A stretch of 54,414 bases of DNA. Origin: Sphaerochaetaceae bacterium (GTDB lineage: Bacteria; Spirochaetota; Spirochaetia; Sphaerochaetales; Sphaerochaetaceae). Shown one piece after another: positions 35,528 through 46,092 of this stretch. Below the pieces are notes generated by a model. That model saw only the letters and a program-made list of their open reading frames with translations. It was not told where the DNA came from and searched no databases. The stretch covers positions 1-54,414 of the forward strand of contig JAQUYU010000001.1 of NCBI GenBank assembly GCA_028691695.1. Reading direction: 5' to 3'. The position numbers and the translations under genes were made by a program. Numbering within the stretch: position 1 is the first letter of the stretch; every line of letters starts with the position of its first letter.

Positions 35528-36148
35528 TTATTTGCAGTCACCACGGATTTCATGAAGAATGGAACGGACTTCAGGATCCTTGTACACTTCATCAATCTCC
35601 TCTGAAGTAAGACCGACGAATTCGTGACAGAGATAGTGAATCCAGACTTCCTGATCCTCGGATTCAAGGACATGCTTGCGGCAGTAGTAATCCGGCTGGA
35701 CTGGGAGAGGCGGAATCTTCTTGTAAAGTGGAACTTTGTAATCAAATACCGCAACTTTGATATCATCACGGGGAATACCCTTGTTCAGAATGATATCTGT
35801 AAGAGCATTTACTGTCTTTCCAGTATCGAAGATGTCATCAACAATCAGAACCTTGTCACCGCTTCGGAGATAGTCAGGAGAATATGTCCAGCCATCAACC
35901 ATGACCCGGGTCTGGCAACGGATATCCGAGTAGCTTCTTGCAACGACAGCAGCATAGAACACTGGCCGCTTGCACTCACGGGCTCTGACAATCTTGTAGT
36001 ACTCGCTCATCACATTGCCCATGTAGACACCGCCTCTAAGCGAAACGTAGATGACATCAGGTACGAAATGATCGACTGAATACATTCGATGACAAAGCTT
36101 CAGAGCCTCGTCCCTAATAGTTTCCGGAGATACGAATTCCTTTTTCAT
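35528..36148 (-). CDS. Purine phosphoribosyltransferase family protein (Hpt/Gpt-like)
   Basis: 206 aa. The PRPP-binding loop is VLIVDDIFDTGKTV and SLRGGVYMG lies upstream. The C-terminal extension is longer than in classical Hpt. Confidence 0.7.
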   Translation of the reverse strand: MKKEFVSPETIRDEALKLCHRMYSVDHFVPDVIYVSLRGGVYMGNVMSEYYKIVRARECKRPVFYAAVVARSYSDIRCQTRVMVDGWTYSPDYLRSGDKVLIVDDIFDTGKTVNALTDIILNKGIPRDDIKVAVFDYKVPLYKKIPPLPVQPDYYCRKHVLESEDQEVWIHYLCHEFVGLTSEEIDEVYKDPEVRSILHEIRGDCK

Positions 36149-36180
36149 GGCTGCTCCTTCGATGTAATGAGGAAATTCTA

Positions 36181-36939
36181 TTACATCTGGGTAAGAACTT
36201 CAACACCATTCTTCGTGATGCCGATGGTATGCTCGAAATGTGCTGACGGCTTGCGGTCCGCTGTGACCACTGTCCAGCCATCATGAAGCGTATTGATCTT
36301 GTGAGTACCCATGTTGATCATAGGCTCGATTGCAATGACCAGCCCTTCGCGAAGCTTGAGATTCTGGGCAAAAGGAGAAACGAAGTTAGGTACATTCGGA
36401 TCTTCATGGATCCCGAACCCTACCCCATGGCCGCAGTAATCACGGACAACTCCGAAGCCGTTCTGGTTTGCATGCTCGAATACGGCACCAGAGACATCAT
36501 TCATCCTTGCACCGGGCTTTGCGGCCGCTTCGATAGCAAGATCAAGGCATTCCTTCGTGGTCCGGACAAGAAGCCTGGTGCGGTCAGGGACTTCTCCCAT
36601 GATATAAGTCCGAGTGCTGTCAGCAAAAAAGTTGCCCTTGCGGTCGCATACGATATCGATGCTGACGATATCGCCGAGTCGTACAATCTTCTCTTTGTGC
36701 GGAATGCCGTGAATAACCTGCTCGTTGATCGAGATGCAGGTACCGGCAGGATAGCCCTCGAAGCCTTTGCAGCTTGGAAAGCATCCAGCTTTTGTTATGT
36801 AATCCTCACAGAACTGGTTTATGTCCCATGTGGACATTCCTGCCTCCATCCATGTCTCAAGTCTGTCAAACAGCGAACAAAGAACTCTGCCGTTCTCATG
36901 AATGGCATCCATGTCGCTCTGAGTCTTAAGCTCTATCAT
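36181..36939 (-). CDS. map: Type I methionine aminopeptidase
   Basis: 252 aa. The metal ligand contexts are VSIDIV, FADSTRTY, CGHGVG, AIEPM and HFEHT. Confidence 0.95.
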   Translation of the reverse strand: MIELKTQSDMDAIHENGRVLCSLFDRLETWMEAGMSTWDINQFCEDYITKAGCFPSCKGFEGYPAGTCISINEQVIHGIPHKEKIVRLGDIVSIDIVCDRKGNFFADSTRTYIMGEVPDRTRLLVRTTKECLDLAIEAAAKPGARMNDVSGAVFEHANQNGFGVVRDYCGHGVGFGIHEDPNVPNFVSPFAQNLKLREGLVIAIEPMINMGTHKINTLHDGWTVVTADRKPSAHFEHTIGITKNGVEVLTQM

Positions 36940-37393
36940 CCTTTAGTGCCTCTCTAGCATAGGAATCAAGAACTCCATTAACAAACTTATAGCTGCGGTC
37001 TGAGCTGAATTCCTGAGAGAGCTTGACTGCTTCATCGATGACAATATGAGGATGCACATCCTTGCAGTACAGCAAGGAATAGAAACTGATCCTAAGAATA
37101 TTCCGATCCACAAGAGTGATCCGATCAATGGCACGGTTGTTTGAATACTGCTCAATCAGATGGTCAATCTCTGATAGGTTCTCAATCGTGCCCTGAATGA
37201 GGAGCCCGCTGTAAACACGGATGTCCGGTTCAAGCTGGTTTTCCTCTTCGTCAGATATGCCGGCAAGGGGAATCTCCGAACCGATGAGAGTCTCATAGAC
37301 ACTGTTGCCTTCCTCATCATAAAGCTGATGAGAGAAATCCAGAGAATAGAGAGTCTGCATAGCAAGAGAACGAGCCAGATGCCGTGATTTCAT
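36926..37393 (-). CDS. nusB: Transcription antitermination factor NusB
   Basis: 155 aa. MKSRHLARSLAMQTLYSLDF is a NusB-type N-terminus. Further motifs are DRNILRISFYSLLY and INEAV-like VIDEAVKLS. It has a 1 nt overlap (TGATG) with the upstream PPIase gene. Confidence 0.85.
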   Translation of the reverse strand: MKSRHLARSLAMQTLYSLDFSHQLYDEEGNSVYETLIGSEIPLAGISDEEENQLEPDIRVYSGLLIQGTIENLSEIDHLIEQYSNNRAIDRITLVDRNILRISFYSLLYCKDVHPHIVIDEAVKLSQEFSSDRSYKFVNGVLDSYAREALKDDRA

Positions 37394-38439
37394 CAGTTGG
37401 CCTCTTTGTAAAGGATGTTGATCTTCGCCTGCTTGGTCAGATCTGCAATCATCAGATTAGAAGCCTCGGTGTAGATTTCCTGTGACTTCTGCTGCTGAAG
37501 AAGATAGACAATGTAATCTGAAACGGTAGAGGTCTCAGTCGGAGAAAGAGCATCAGTGAGGGAAAGCACCTTGAACTGTGTGTGCTGAAGAACCTTTATG
37601 ATTGCATATCCTACATTGGAATCAACGACTGAAGGGGCTATTTCGCCATCATCAAGATCGAAAGCAGCATCATAGAAAGCATCTCCGAAGAGATTCTGGT
37701 ATGTTGTGTTGTCAATTGCAATCCAGCCTACTTCGCCGCCCTTGGACTTGCTTGCAGTATCCTGGGAATAAGTGGAAACAGCTTTTTCGAAAGTCAGCTT
37801 CCCGCTCTGGATCTGTGACAATGCATCCTGAAGAGTCTTGAGGCTTGCAGCATCCTTGGTCGCATCGCCTGTCTTTGGAATCAGGACAAGAGCTATGCGC
37901 ACCGCTTCAGGGTTGACGAACTGAGAAGCGTTCTTGCGATAGAAAGTCTCGACTTCCTTGTCGGTCGGATTGATGCTTGTTGCTGTGAACATGCTAGATT
38001 TGGTCTGTGTAACATAGGCCTGGAGAATGTACTGCTGTGCGATGGAGTCACGGTACTGGGCACGTGTCATGCCAGCCTGCGACTGAAGAAGCTCATCAAA
38101 CTGGTCATCTGTGTAAGTGGCGCCGGTCTGAGACTCAATAAAAGATTTCTGTGAAGCAAGAAGCTGATCTTTCTGATCTTCGGTAAGCTTGATGCCATCA
38201 CGCTCGGCACCTTGGAGAAGAAGCTCCTGCCCTATCATGAGCTGGAGAACCTGAAGGGATGACACGTTGGTGTACCCTTGGGACTTGTATGACTGGACAG
38301 CACTATCAAGCTGCGTCGTTGAAATAAGGGTGGTCCTGATCAGATTCACAGTAGCGGCTGGTGTAGCTACAGCAGCGAAAGCCGATGCACAAGCAAGCAC
38401 CGCCAGAACCATTATTGCCAAAAAGGTCTTTCTATTCAT
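37393..38439 (-). CDS. Periplasmic peptidyl-prolyl isomerase, SurA/PrsA-like (parvulin domain)
   Basis: It has a signal peptide (MNRKTFLAIMVLAVLACASAFA), a chaperone-like N-terminal region and a parvulin segment (FEKAVSTYSQDTASKSKGGEVGWI). I chose ATG 38439 as the start because it is preceded by GGAGA at a 6 nt spacing. The track ORF begins at 38469. Confidence 0.65.
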   Translation of the reverse strand: MNRKTFLAIMVLAVLACASAFAAVATPAATVNLIRTTLISTTQLDSAVQSYKSQGYTNVSSLQVLQLMIGQELLLQGAERDGIKLTEDQKDQLLASQKSFIESQTGATYTDDQFDELLQSQAGMTRAQYRDSIAQQYILQAYVTQTKSSMFTATSINPTDKEVETFYRKNASQFVNPEAVRIALVLIPKTGDATKDAASLKTLQDALSQIQSGKLTFEKAVSTYSQDTASKSKGGEVGWIAIDNTTYQNLFGDAFYDAAFDLDDGEIAPSVVDSNVGYAIIKVLQHTQFKVLSLTDALSPTETSTVSDYIVYLLQQQKSQEIYTEASNLMIADLTKQAKINILYKEAN

Positions 38440-38465
38440 CAAAGTTCTCCTTAGATAATATTCAA

Positions 38466-38897
38466 TCAATCGTTCTTAGAAAGCCTGAGACGCTTTCCCA
38501 TGGCCTGAGCCATGCCAAGCGAATCGAGGATTTCAAAGTTGCTGATGAAGGCGCCTTCAGATTCCAGGGCCTTCATAAGCACATGAAGGGTCTTGCCTTT
38601 CCGCATTCCCTTCTTGCTTATAAAACAAAAACAACGCTTTCCGGATACATTTCCGCATCCTTTGAGAAAATCATAGACAATCTGAGGTATCTTTCCGCCG
38701 AAGAAGCCGGATGCTTCACTGGCGAACACATAGTAGTCGTAATACGAAATATTACGTCCCATCTCCTGATACATGTTGAAAACTTCAACAGTCGGGCTGC
38801 ACTCCTGAGCGGACATGCCGCGACTTAGTGCATCACAGAGGGATTTGAGCTTTCTGCTCTCCCGGTCGCTTCCGCCATACAACAAACAGACTCTCAA
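38466..38897 (-). CDS. Hypothetical flavodoxin-fold-like protein
   Basis: 143 aa. The pattern MRVCLLYGGS...YDYYVFASEASGFFGGKIP...GKRCFCFISKKG resembles the alternating beta-alpha layout of flavodoxin-like proteins. The canonical (S/T)xTGNT FMN phosphate loop is absent. Confidence 0.35.
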   Translation of the reverse strand: MRVCLLYGGSDRESRKLKSLCDALSRGMSAQECSPTVEVFNMYQEMGRNISYYDYYVFASEASGFFGGKIPQIVYDFLKGCGNVSGKRCFCFISKKGMRKGKTLHVLMKALESEGAFISNFEILDSLGMAQAMGKRLRLSKND

Positions 38898-38910
38898 ATT
38901 CCACTCCTCT

Positions 38911-38954
38911 GAAATAACAACAGCCTACCTTGGACAAAAAAGACAAGGTAGGCT
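38911..38954 (-). terminator. Rho-independent terminator after secG
   Basis: AGCCTACCTTG and CAAGGTAGGCT form a perfect 11 bp stem with an 11 nt loop. On the minus strand it is followed by GTTGTTATTTC. Confidence 0.6.
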
Positions 38955-38971
38955 CATTGAATTCCGAAAAT

Positions 38972-39283
38972 TCAGTTCTGCTGAGTCTCTTCTGTCTGAA
39001 CAGTCTCGGTCTGCTGCGAAGCAGCCTGGCTGAGAATCGAACTGTCAGGCGATTTGTTGAGAATCGCAACCAGAATGGCAAGAACGATGAAACCGGCTCC
39101 AAGCCAAGCAGTGATCTTGTTCACAACTTTATTCGAACGGCCGCCGAAAGCAGAGCTGCTGCTGTCGCCGCCGAAGATCCCGCCGAGTCCGCCATCATCC
39201 TCATTCTGAATTGCTACCATGAAAATCAAGGCAAGAGAAACGAGAACGAAAAGAACCAACAAAAAAATACTCAATACAGCCAT
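38972..39283 (-). CDS. secG: Preprotein translocase subunit SecG
   Basis: Two TM helices flank a Gly-rich loop (LIFMVAIQNEDDGGLGGIFGG...ITAWLGAGFIVLAILVAI). I chose ATG 39283 as the start because GGAG lies 8 nt upstream. The tpiA-secG adjacency is widely conserved. Confidence 0.8.
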   Translation of the reverse strand: MAVLSIFLLVLFVLVSLALIFMVAIQNEDDGGLGGIFGGDSSSSAFGGRSNKVVNKITAWLGAGFIVLAILVAILNKSPDSSILSQAASQQTETVQTEETQQN

Positions 39284-39287
39284 CTTT

Positions 39288-40043
39288 CTACTCCAAGGCA
39301 CATTTCACAATCGGAACAAACTTCTCAGCTGTAAGAGAAGCTCCTCCAATCAGTGCTCCATCAATGTTCTCGCGGGCAAGAAGCTCCTTCGCATTGGATG
39401 GTTTTACTGAACCACCATACTGTATTATGGCGTTTTCTGCAACATCTTTTCCATACAATGAACCGATTAATTTTCGGATATATGCATGTGCATTGTCTGC
39501 ATCATCTGCTGTTGCGGTCATTCCAGTGCCGATAGCCCATACAGGCTCGTATGCAAAAGTAATCCGGCTCATGTCCGAAGCAGCGACTCCTTCAAGCCCG
39601 ACCTTGATCTGCCTTGAAAGAACCTGCTCAAGCTCGCCGCTCTGGCGCTGCTTGAGAGTCTCGCCGATGCAGAGGTCAATGTTCATTCCCTGGGAAAGAG
39701 CAAAGAGGACCTTCTTGTTGATCCACTCATCAGTCTCTCCGTAGTAAGTCCTTCTCTCGCTGTGCCCGATTATGACATCATTGACGCCAATATCCTTGAG
39801 CATCTGGCATGATACCTCACCGGTGTAAGCACCGCTTTCCTTGTCACTGACATTCTGAGCCGCAACAATGATGTTCGAGCCTTTCACAGCAGCAATGACG
39901 GCTGGAAGGCAGACAAATGAAGGTGCAATCATCACCTTCACATCTACTCCCTTGAGCTCTGAAACAAGCTCCTTGGCAAGCTTTGCACCTTCGCTGGGAG
40001 TAAGATTCATCTTCCAGTTTCCGGCAATATATGGCTTTCTCAT
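39288..40043 (-). CDS. tpiA: Triose-phosphate isomerase
   Basis: Motifs are YIAGNWKMN, IIGHSERR and AYEPVWAIGTG. I chose ATG 40043 as the start because its GGAGA spacing is appropriate. The upstream ATG 40049 is too close to the SD. Confidence 0.95.
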   Translation of the reverse strand: MRKPYIAGNWKMNLTPSEGAKLAKELVSELKGVDVKVMIAPSFVCLPAVIAAVKGSNIIVAAQNVSDKESGAYTGEVSCQMLKDIGVNDVIIGHSERRTYYGETDEWINKKVLFALSQGMNIDLCIGETLKQRQSGELEQVLSRQIKVGLEGVAASDMSRITFAYEPVWAIGTGMTATADDADNAHAYIRKLIGSLYGKDVAENAIIQYGGSVKPSNAKELLARENIDGALIGGASLTAEKFVPIVKCALE

Positions 40044-40114
40044 AAACATTTATCTCCAAATAATAAAATTCAAGCAAACGGGGATGCCGACAGAGCACCC
40101 CCGCAGAGCTTTAA

Positions 40115-41299
40115 TCATTTCTTCTCAAGTGCCTTGATTCCAGGAAGCTCTTTCCCCTCGAGGAATTCAAGCGAGGCACCGCCGCCTGTTGAAACATGGT
40201 CAATCTTGGAAGCAAGATGGAACTTGTTCACAGCTGCAACGGAATCTCCTCCGCCAACCACTGTCGTTCCCTTGCAGTCCGCAACGGCCTTTGCAACTTC
40301 AAGCGTTCCGTTTGCGAAAGCATTGAATTCGAACACGCCGACCGGCCCGTTCCACACGATGCTCTTAGCATCCTTGATGGCATCCTTGATCTCTGCAACT
40401 GTCTTGGGACCAATGTCCATTCCGATAAGATCGGAAGGAATATCGATGCTGTCAACGGTGATCGGAGCAGCAGTCTCTGCAAACTCCTTTGCGCAGATAT
40501 GATCCACAGGAAGAACGACCTTCACGCCTTTGCTCTTGGCAGCGGCAAGGAAGCTCTTTGCAGTATCGATGAAATCAGCCTCAAGAAGGCTCTTTCCAAT
40601 CTCATGTCCCTCAGCCTTGAGGAAAGTATAGGCCATTCCGCCGCCGATGACGATGATATCGCATCTCTTGGCAAGGCTTTCAAGGACTGTGATCTTCGAA
40701 GAGACCTTTGATCCGCCGATGATGGCAGCGAACGGGTGCTCTGGATTCTCAAGAAGAGGAGCCATGAACTTGATCTCCTTCTCGATGAGGAATCCAGCAT
40801 AGGAAGGAAGATAATGGGCAACGCCTTCAGTGGAAGCATGCGCTCTGTGTGCGGTTCCGAATGCATCGTTGACATAGACATCGCCGAACGCAGCAAGCTG
40901 CTTTGCAAACTCAGGATCGTTCTTTTCCTCGCCAGGATAGAAGCGGACGTTCTCCAGAAGAAGGACTTCGCCGCTCTTGAGAGCCTTGACCTGCTTCTCT
41001 ACTTCCGGTCCGATTACATCAGAAGCCAGAATCACTTTCTTTCCAAGAAGCTCCTGGAATTTGGCAGCGACCGGCTTCATTGAGAATTCCGGATCCTTCT
41101 GCCCCTTCGGTCTCCCGAAATGAGACATGATCACAAGCTTTGCACCTTTCTGCGAAAGAATGTAATTGATTGTAGGAAGTGCTGCAATGATCCTGGTAGG
41201 ATCAGTGACCACTCCATCCTTGACCGGAACGTTGAAATCCACTCTGCAGAGAACTGTCTTGTTCTGAAGATCAGCTTCCTGAATAGTATTTAACTGCAT
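40115..41299 (-). CDS. pgk: Phosphoglycerate kinase
   Basis: 394 aa. Motifs are [18 protein letters not shown] and AFGTAHRAH, with C-terminal [14 protein letters not shown]. Confidence 0.95.
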   Translation of the reverse strand: MQLNTIQEADLQNKTVLCRVDFNVPVKDGVVTDPTRIIAALPTINYILSQKGAKLVIMSHFGRPKGQKDPEFSMKPVAAKFQELLGKKVILASDVIGPEVEKQVKALKSGEVLLLENVRFYPGEEKNDPEFAKQLAAFGDVYVNDAFGTAHRAHASTEGVAHYLPSYAGFLIEKEIKFMAPLLENPEHPFAAIIGGSKVSSKITVLESLAKRCDIIVIGGGMAYTFLKAEGHEIGKSLLEADFIDTAKSFLAAAKSKGVKVVLPVDHICAKEFAETAAPITVDSIDIPSDLIGMDIGPKTVAEIKDAIKDAKSIVWNGPVGVFEFNAFANGTLEVAKAVADCKGTTVVGGGDSVAAVNKFHLASKIDHVSTGGGASLEFLEGKELPGIKALEKK

Positions 41300-41310
41300 G
41301 ATATTCTCCT

Positions 41311-41341
41311 TAGGAAAAGAAGGCCCGCCCTAAGGCAGGCC
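41311..41341 (-). terminator. Hairpin plus U-tract between gap and pgk (intra-operon terminator or attenuator candidate)
   Basis: The minus strand reads GGCCUGCC-uuag-GGCGGGCC, an 8 bp stem with one G:U pair. It is followed by UUCUUUUCC. Confidence 0.5.
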
Positions 41342-41363
41342 TTGCAATCAAGCGATATGGCAA

Positions 41364-42431
<1,068 letters not shown>

Positions 42432-42487
42432 TCAACTGATTTGGCATTTCTTTGCTGCAAAAAACTAAACCAGTTTACTAATTGCAA

Positions 42488-42517
42488 TTGACAAACAAGT
42501 TTGACAAAGGCGATAAT
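42488..42517 (+). promoter_or_regulatory. Candidate sigma70-type promoter of the GH2 gene
   Basis: The -35 TTGACA (42488-42493) is separated by an 18 nt spacer from the -10 GATAAT (42512-42517). A second TTGACA lies at 42501. A GAGGAGG SD precedes ATG 42538. Confidence 0.45.
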
Positions 42518-42537
42518 TGCCGAGGAGGATGGGAGAC

Positions 42538-44832
42538 ATGAGAAGAATCATCCCGCTCAACAGCGATTGGGCATTCAATGGAGCAAAGGTCCAGCTGCCC
42601 CACTCCCTTTCGGAGATTCCCGGAAACTGGTTCAAGGTGTCCGATGCGGCTTCAAGCGGAAGCTACCGCAAGACCATCATGCTTCAGTCCTCTGACATTG
42701 AAGGACGGAGAGCTCTGCTCAGGTTCGAAGGCATCGGATCTCAGGCACGGATAAGCTGCAACGGCGAGCCGGCTGGCCAGGTATTCGGTGCCTACACGCC
42801 GGCAGTCTTAGACATTACTGATTTCTTGTCAAGAAAGGGCGATTATGCTTCGGTGACGTTGCAGGTCGATGTTTCCGCTGACGAGGACCCGCTGATTCCG
42901 CCTTACGGATTCAAGATGGATTACCTTGTGTTCGGAGGTATCTACCGTGAGGCCTCGCTGATACTGGTTCCTGAGCACTACATCAAGCGATTCTCGGCCT
43001 TCGGAACAGCCGATGGAACCGTATTCATTGAATCCGAGCTATCGGAAAACGGTCCTTCTTCTGTGCATATACTGAACAAGGAAGGCGAAGAAGTCGGGTT
43101 TGGCCAGATATCAGAAGGTACAATTCACATAGACAATCCAGAGCTCTGGGACATATTCCATGGCGTGCTTTATACCGCCGTGATGGAATTCGGCGAGGAC
43201 ACGGTCTCTGTCCGATTCGGATTCAGGGATGCGCAATTCCGAGCGGACGGCTTCTTCATCAACGGGCGCAAGGTCAAGCTGCTCGGAGCAGACAGGCACC
43301 AAAGCTACCCGATCGAAGGCTATGCGATGCCCGAAAGCATGCAGCGCCTCGATGCGGACCTGATCAGACGCACAGGGCTGAACATCGTCAGGACCAGCCA
43401 CTACATGCAGGATCCAGCGTTCCTTGACAGATGCGACGAACTCGGAATCCTGGTATTCGAAGAGATACCGGGCTGGCAGCACATATCGCAGGACAAGCTA
43501 TGGCGGGACCGAACCGAGGAAAACGTAAGAACAATGATCCAGAGGGACAAGAGCCACCCTTCAATCGTGCTCTGGGGCGTCAGAATCAACGAAAGCGCTG
43601 ATGACGATGAACTTTACAGATCCACCAACAGCATAGCCCATGGCCTTGATCCGCACCGCCAGACCGGAGGAGTCAGATGCTTTGAGAAGAGCCATCTTCT
43701 TGAAGACGTATACACTTTCAACGATTTCAGCAATCAAGGTCTCAGGAGCCCTAAGCAGGTATGCACTCGCAAGTGCCCGTATCTTGTGACTGAATACTGC
43801 GGCCACATGTTCTCGACCAAGTCATATGACGATGAGGAGCACAGGCTTTCCTGGGCGCTGAGACATGCAAGGATAGTCAATGACATGTATGCCGACGATA
43901 GCATTTCCGGATGCATCGCATGGTGTCTCTTCGACTACAACACCCATGACAACTTCGGCTCAGGAGACATGGTCTGCTACCATGGTCTCTGCGATGCAGA
44001 CAGGATCCCGAAGCTGGCATGGTACCTGTATGCAAGCCAGAATTCCTCCGAGCCGATCCTCGGGCTCTCTTCATTCATGGATGAAGGAGACCATCCGGCC
44101 AACACGCTTGGGAAAGTCGCTGTCTTCACAAATGCCGATTTTGTTAGAATTCATCTGAATGACGAGGAAATCGGTGACTTCTATCCCGCATCGGACATCT
44201 ATCCGGCTCTTCCGCATCCGCCGGTGATCATTGAAAGCTTCATTGCAAAGCGTCTTGCCAGAATTGGAATTTCAAGCAAGAGCGACCAGACTCTTGTTCA
44301 GAAGATGATCGATGATGCAAAGAAAGAGCCTTCATCGGCTCTGCTTCGCCGGTATGCTTTGCCGATTCTACGGCTGAGCCAGATTGCCAGGATGAAGATC
44401 CCCGCCTTCATAAAGAAAATACAGGAAATCCAGGACCTGGCGCCGAAGGCGAAGGGCATCTGGCGGTTCGAGGGTGTGAAAAATGGAAAGACCGTATCGG
44501 TCCAGATCATCGATCCCAATGGGCCGATTGTCCTCCAGGCAACGCCTTCGCAGACTGAGTTCAGGCTGTCAGACTGCCCCACATACCAGGTATGCCAGGT
44601 TCAGCTCACTGCTCTGAAAGATGGCTGCTCGATGAGGCTTCCGTACTTCTTCGATAGCATCGAAGTCCACGCATCAGGGTCGATGGAACTCTATGGAACA
44701 GCAAGAGTGCTGACTATAGTCGGTGGCGGAGCTGCTGTCTATCTTCGCACCAGAGGCGTAGGAAGCGGGCAGCTTTCAATAAGCTCCAAGCGGTTCGGAG
44801 AACAGACAATTGATTTCAATGTAACGCGTTAA
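42538..44832 (+). CDS. Glycoside hydrolase family 2 protein (beta-galactosidase/beta-glucuronidase-like)
   Basis: The N-terminal sugar-binding region is LNSDWAF and the TIM barrel contains NIVRTSHY. The acid/base region is VLWGVRINES and the nucleophile region is YLVTEYCGH. A long C-terminal extension follows. No signal peptide is evident. Confidence 0.75.
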   Translation: MRRIIPLNSDWAFNGAKVQLPHSLSEIPGNWFKVSDAASSGSYRKTIMLQSSDIEGRRALLRFEGIGSQARISCNGEPAGQVFGAYTPAVLDITDFLSRKGDYASVTLQVDVSADEDPLIPPYGFKMDYLVFGGIYREASLILVPEHYIKRFSAFGTADGTVFIESELSENGPSSVHILNKEGEEVGFGQISEGTIHIDNPELWDIFHGVLYTAVMEFGEDTVSVRFGFRDAQFRADGFFINGRKVKLLGADRHQSYPIEGYAMPESMQRLDADLIRRTGLNIVRTSHYMQDPAFLDRCDELGILVFEEIPGWQHISQDKLWRDRTEENVRTMIQRDKSHPSIVLWGVRINESADDDELYRSTNSIAHGLDPHRQTGGVRCFEKSHLLEDVYTFNDFSNQGLRSPKQVCTRKCPYLVTEYCGHMFSTKSYDDEEHRLSWALRHARIVNDMYADDSISGCIAWCLFDYNTHDNFGSGDMVCYHGLCDADRIPKLAWYLYASQNSSEPILGLSSFMDEGDHPANTLGKVAVFTNADFVRIHLNDEEIGDFYPASDIYPALPHPPVIIESFIAKRLARIGISSKSDQTLVQKMIDDAKKEPSSALLRRYALPILRLSQIARMKIPAFIKKIQEIQDLAPKAKGIWRFEGVKNGKTVSVQIIDPNGPIVLQATPSQTEFRLSDCPTYQVCQVQLTALKDGCSMRLPYFFDSIEVHASGSMELYGTARVLTIVGGGAAVYLRTRGVGSGQLSISSKRFGEQTIDFNVTR

Positions 44833-45625
44833 CGCTTTGTTCAGACGACGGTTCTCCGATCTCTACCTTGATGGAATTGATCTTGTGGCCGTCGATGGAC
44901 TCAACAGTGAAGTCCGCTCCGTCGCATGAAATCCGGTCGCCCATGTTCGGTATGCAGCCGAATTTCTCGAATACATATCCTCCGATGGTCTCATAATCCT
45001 CTTCAGGTATCCCCAGCGAGAGCTCTTCGTTCAGTTCATCAATCGGTGTCCTGGCATCGCAGATATAGGTATGCTCGTCGATCTTCTGGATGTTCTCGAC
45101 TTCATCGGCATCGAACTCATCCTGGATCTCTCCGACTATAACTTCGATGATGTCTTCCATGCAGACAATCCCTGATACCCCGCCATACTCATCAACAGCG
45201 ACGGCAATATGAACCTTCTGCTGCCTGAAGTCCCTCAGAAGATCATCAAGATGCTTGCTATCGGGAACGAAGAATGGTGTGCGCATCACCTTCTTGACGG
45301 AAAAGCCGGTTGTTATATCCTTGCGGATCAGATCTTTGGCATACAGGATGCCAACGATGTTGTCGATATTCTCTTCAAAGACCGGATAACGGGAAAACCC
45401 CTGTGCCTCGATGATTTCTATCACCTCGGCATATGTGGCATCAGAGGCGATGCACTGAACGTCAATCCTTGGAACCATGACCTCCTTGACGATCTTCTCG
45501 TCAAGTTCGGATACACCCTCGATCATGTCCTTTCTTTCTTCGATTTCTTCCTCTTTCTCCCTACGCGAGAGAGGATCCTCGGATTTCTTTCCTTTTTCTC
45601 CAAACAGAGATTTCAAAAAACTCAA
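44816..45625 (-). CDS. corC: CBS-pair / CorC_HlyC domain protein (Mg/Co efflux CorC-like)
   Basis: 269 aa. Two CBS motifs (VMVPRIDV...; VMRTPFFVP...HIAVAVDEYGGVSGIVCMEDI) are followed by a C-terminal transporter-associated domain. It is part of a phoH-pgpH-ybeY-corC cluster. Confidence 0.8.
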   Translation of the reverse strand: MSFLKSLFGEKGKKSEDPLSRREKEEEIEERKDMIEGVSELDEKIVKEVMVPRIDVQCIASDATYAEVIEIIEAQGFSRYPVFEENIDNIVGILYAKDLIRKDITTGFSVKKVMRTPFFVPDSKHLDDLLRDFRQQKVHIAVAVDEYGGVSGIVCMEDIIEVIVGEIQDEFDADEVENIQKIDEHTYICDARTPIDELNEELSLGIPEEDYETIGGYVFEKFGCIPNMGDRISCDGADFTVESIDGHKINSIKVEIGEPSSEQSVNALH

Positions 45626-46092
45626 ATCAGTCCGCCCTTAAGCTTATTAAGCAAAGCCTCCTGCTTCTTAAGCATTGCTTCTTCAGGAGAATTGCTCTTG
45701 TGGTCCTCGCCGTTGAGGTGAAGACAACCATGAATCAGAACTCTGCAAAGTTCCTCACTGAATGGAATACTAAAATATTCCGCATTGTTTTTCAAGGTGT
45801 CAAGCGAGATGACAAGGTCCCCAAGTTCATTAGGCTCTCCGGAGCATCCCGGGAAAGTGACCTCCGAATCGGCATCATGCTGCACGAAGCTCAAGACATC
45901 GGTGCTTTCATCAATATTGCGATACTTCAGGTTGAGCTCATGAATTGTCTTGTCAGAGACGAACGAGCAGGATATCTCAACGTCATGAAGCGCAAGCTCG
46001 CGGCAGGTGAAGCCCAGGACCTTGCGCACAAGCGCTGCAGGAGCCTCCTGCTTCATGGCAGGCTCCTCGTATGAAATCATGAATCTGTTCAT
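45622..46092 (-). CDS. ybeY: rRNA maturation endoribonuclease YbeY
   Basis: 156 aa with the zinc motif HGCLHLNGEDH. Confidence 0.95.
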   Translation of the reverse strand: MNRFMISYEEPAMKQEAPAALVRKVLGFTCRELALHDVEISCSFVSDKTIHELNLKYRNIDESTDVLSFVQHDADSEVTFPGCSGEPNELGDLVISLDTLKNNAEYFSIPFSEELCRVLIHGCLHLNGEDHKSNSPEEAMLKKQEALLNKLKGGLI

